Positions 26,554-28,584 of a stretch of 28,584 bases of DNA are shown here, one piece after another. The DNA comes from an uncultured Gemmatimonadota bacterium. GTDB lineage: Bacteria; SM23-81; DAOVCL01. The notes below the pieces were generated by a model, which worked only from the letters and a program-made list of their open reading frames with translations, searched no databases and was not told where the DNA came from. The translations under genes and the position numbers were made by a program. Numbering within the stretch: position 1 is the stretch's first letter; each line of letters starts with the position of its first letter. The DNA lies in contig CAZVGK010000035.1 in the NCBI GenBank assembly GCA_964626665.1, positions 1 to 28,584 of the forward strand, given 5' to 3'.

Positions 26554-28090
26554 TATAGTGTAATCCTCTGCTTTCCTTCCTCTGCAGGGCACATTTAATT
26601 ATGAGCCAAGCAGTAAGAGCCATATTCCTCAGCTCAACAGATTTTGCTTGTGTGGGGTTGGCCTGGCAAAAGGACTCCACATCCGCCAATATCCTTTCCA
26701 TCTCCTTCTTGGCCATCTGCAATCTCTTGTCTGATCTGGCTATTCCCACCAGTCTCCACATCAACTCCTTTATCTGTTCCCTGTATGGAGAGATCTTCCT
26801 CCATCCCCTTTCCCGGAATTCACCCCCAATTGGCTCTTCTAGAGGCGGGATGGAAATATCAGAGGCCTTTTCTTTACCCAATTCCTCTGTGGCTTTTTGA
26901 TAGGAAAAATCGGCAAAGGCCAGTGCCTCTAAGAGGGAGTTGCTAGCCAACCTGTTTGCCCCGTGCAGTCCGGTGCAGGCCACCTCCCCAAAGGCATAAA
27001 GTCCTTTGATGCTTGTTCTGCCCCACCCGTCGGTCATCACCCCCCCGCACATATAGTGGGCAGCCGGGACAACAGGAAGCCAATCCTTAGTCATATCCAG
27101 ACCCAAGCTCAGGCATTTTTCATAGATGTGAGGGAATCTGTCCTTTACCTTGCCTGGAGGTGGGTGGGTAACATCGAGATAGACACAGGGCTGGCCGGAC
27201 TTCTTCAGTTCCATATCTATAGCTCTGGCCACTACATCCCGCGGGGCTAGTTCGCGGAGGGGGTGATACTTACGCATAAATTCTTCCCCTGAGGAGAGCC
27301 GTAGCTTACCTCCTTCCCCCCTTACGGCCTCAGAGATAAGGAAGGCCCTTTTCCCGGAGTTGTAGAGGCTGGTGGGATGAAATTGGACGAACTCTAAGTT
27401 GCCTACCTTGACTCCTGCCCGGTAAGCCATAGCTATCCCATCTCCAGTCGCTATGTCTGGGTTGGTGGTATGCAGGTAGATCTGCCCACAGCCTCCGGTG
27501 GCCAAGAAGGTATGAGAGGAGATAAAGGGGATGATCTTACCCGATTTGGGGTCTAAGACATAGACTCCTTGGCAGACCTTTTTCCCCTTCTCGCTGGTGA
27601 CGATAAGGTCAAGGGCTAAGTGGTCCTCCAGAATCTCTATCCTCTTTTCCTCCAGCACCGCCTTTACCAAGGCCCGCTCAATCTCCTCTCCGGTGAGATC
27701 TGAGGAATGGACAACTCTCCTCCGGGAGTGTCCCCCTTCGGTGCCCAAATCGAGCCTCTCCCCGTCCTTTGCCCTGCTGAAATTGACCCCCCACTCCATA
27801 AGCTCCAGGATCAACCGAGGACCACTGGTGACCACTGCCTCCACCACTTCCCGATGGCAGAGGCCATCTCCGGTAGTGAGGGTGTCGTCTATATGCGAGG
27901 CAAATGAATCCTCCGGGGAGATGGCCACGGCTATTCCCCCCTGCGCGTAGTTGGTGTTTGCATCCGCCTCCCCCTTTTTGGTAATCACGGTGACCGTCCC
28001 TTTTTGAGATGCCTTGAGGGCAAAGGTGAGGCCAGCTATGCCACTGCCGATTACCAAAAAATCCGATTGGTGCATTGCGGATTTAGTCAT
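26486..28090 (-). CDS. nadB: L-aspartate oxidase
   Basis: IGSGIAGL, NTNYAQGGIA, EGGHSRRR, QFHPT, SEAVRGEG, AHYMCGG, GLHGANRLASNSLLE, ESRGLHY. Confidence 0.96.
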   Translation of the reverse strand: MTKSAMHQSDFLVIGSGIAGLTFALKASQKGTVTVITKKGEADANTNYAQGGIAVAISPEDSFASHIDDTLTTGDGLCHREVVEAVVTSGPRLILELMEWGVNFSRAKDGERLDLGTEGGHSRRRVVHSSDLTGEEIERALVKAVLEEKRIEILEDHLALDLIVTSEKGKKVCQGVYVLDPKSGKIIPFISSHTFLATGGCGQIYLHTTNPDIATGDGIAMAYRAGVKVGNLEFVQFHPTSLYNSGKRAFLISEAVRGEGGKLRLSSGEEFMRKYHPLRELAPRDVVARAIDMELKKSGQPCVYLDVTHPPPGKVKDRFPHIYEKCLSLGLDMTKDWLPVVPAAHYMCGGVMTDGWGRTSIKGLYAFGEVACTGLHGANRLASNSLLEALAFADFSYQKATEELGKEKASDISIPPLEEPIGGEFRERGWRKISPYREQIKELMWRLVGIARSDKRLQMAKKEMERILADVESFCQANPTQAKSVELRNMALTAWLIIKCALQRKESRGLHYNEDYPDKAKENWRRDTVIEPED

Positions 28091-28096
28091 ACAACG

Positions 28097-28125
28097 AGTA
28101 TATCCTTCCTTTTAAATTAAAGCAA
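28097..28125 (-). promoter_or_regulatory. Sigma70 promoter of nadB-guaA (probably leaderless mRNA)
   Basis: TTGCTT-17 bp-TATACT ending 6 nt before ATG 28090. Confidence 0.6.
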
Positions 28126-28392
28126 GGCCAATGTGCCTGGGGTTATGTTTGGCGCTCATTTATGAGAAGGGAAGGGGATTTACCATTTTTGTCCCTCAAG
28201 CTATTCATAAGGCCACCTCCCTGTCAATTGGGTATTGGACTGTGAAACCGTCCCCCTGAATTGAAGCCATATTAGGAAATTCCGTTTTCCCCCTTTGTCT
28301 ATCAAATGGCTACAGAAATTCTTTAAAATCCAAAGATTTATGAAGGCTTAGAGAGCATTAAGCTTTATGAAGAGCTATGATAATATCCCACC

Positions 28393-28498
28393 CTGTACTA
28401 CAAACTTGCCAGATCTTGTTTTTAGGGTAAAGTTTTCAAAGCCCATTGAGTACAAAACTTCTACCGCACTTTAGTGCGGGTGAAGGGCCTTTAGGCCC
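28393..28498. repeat. 106-bp composite repeat, copy 2
   Basis: Direct repeat of 10617-10722. Confidence 0.8.
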
Positions 28499-28584
28499 CC
28501 TTTACGGGGCTCAAAACCCCGTTGAAAAACATTGTAGATTTCCTAAGTTGAGTCAAGCCGTTTTTTGGAAAAAATCGTTCTTTG

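Overview
Bacterial chromosomal window. A C-terminal YPNPFNP sorting tail and strong AGGAGG Shine-Dalgarno (SD) use suggest an FCB-related candidate lineage; this is inference only. The left end is a minus-strand macromolecular-synthesis operon: a decayed rpsU, then mutS2, dnaG and rpoD. The right end is nadB-guaA. Between them is an accessory region with a bactofilin-like membrane protein, a beta-propeller transglutaminase-like protein, an M42 peptidase, a PLD pseudogene, and a four-gene cluster (antiporter, CBS, antiporter, PII-like). It also holds a 7.7-kb block (VapBC-like TA, 1249-aa secreted multidomain protein, HEPN/MNT TA) bounded by 135-bp direct repeats derived from the 5' end of a RAYT/Y1 HUH transposase. 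Most intergenic gaps are filled with many nested REP-like palindrome families. The most notable unexplained signals are a promoter-driven ~170-nt structured RNA with pseudoknot and terminator/antiterminator alternatives (23122-23294), the RAYT-stub-bounded island, and a hairpin+CTAAGTT element that repeatedly abuts ribosome-binding sites. No intact transposase, tRNA, rRNA or CRISPR array was seen.
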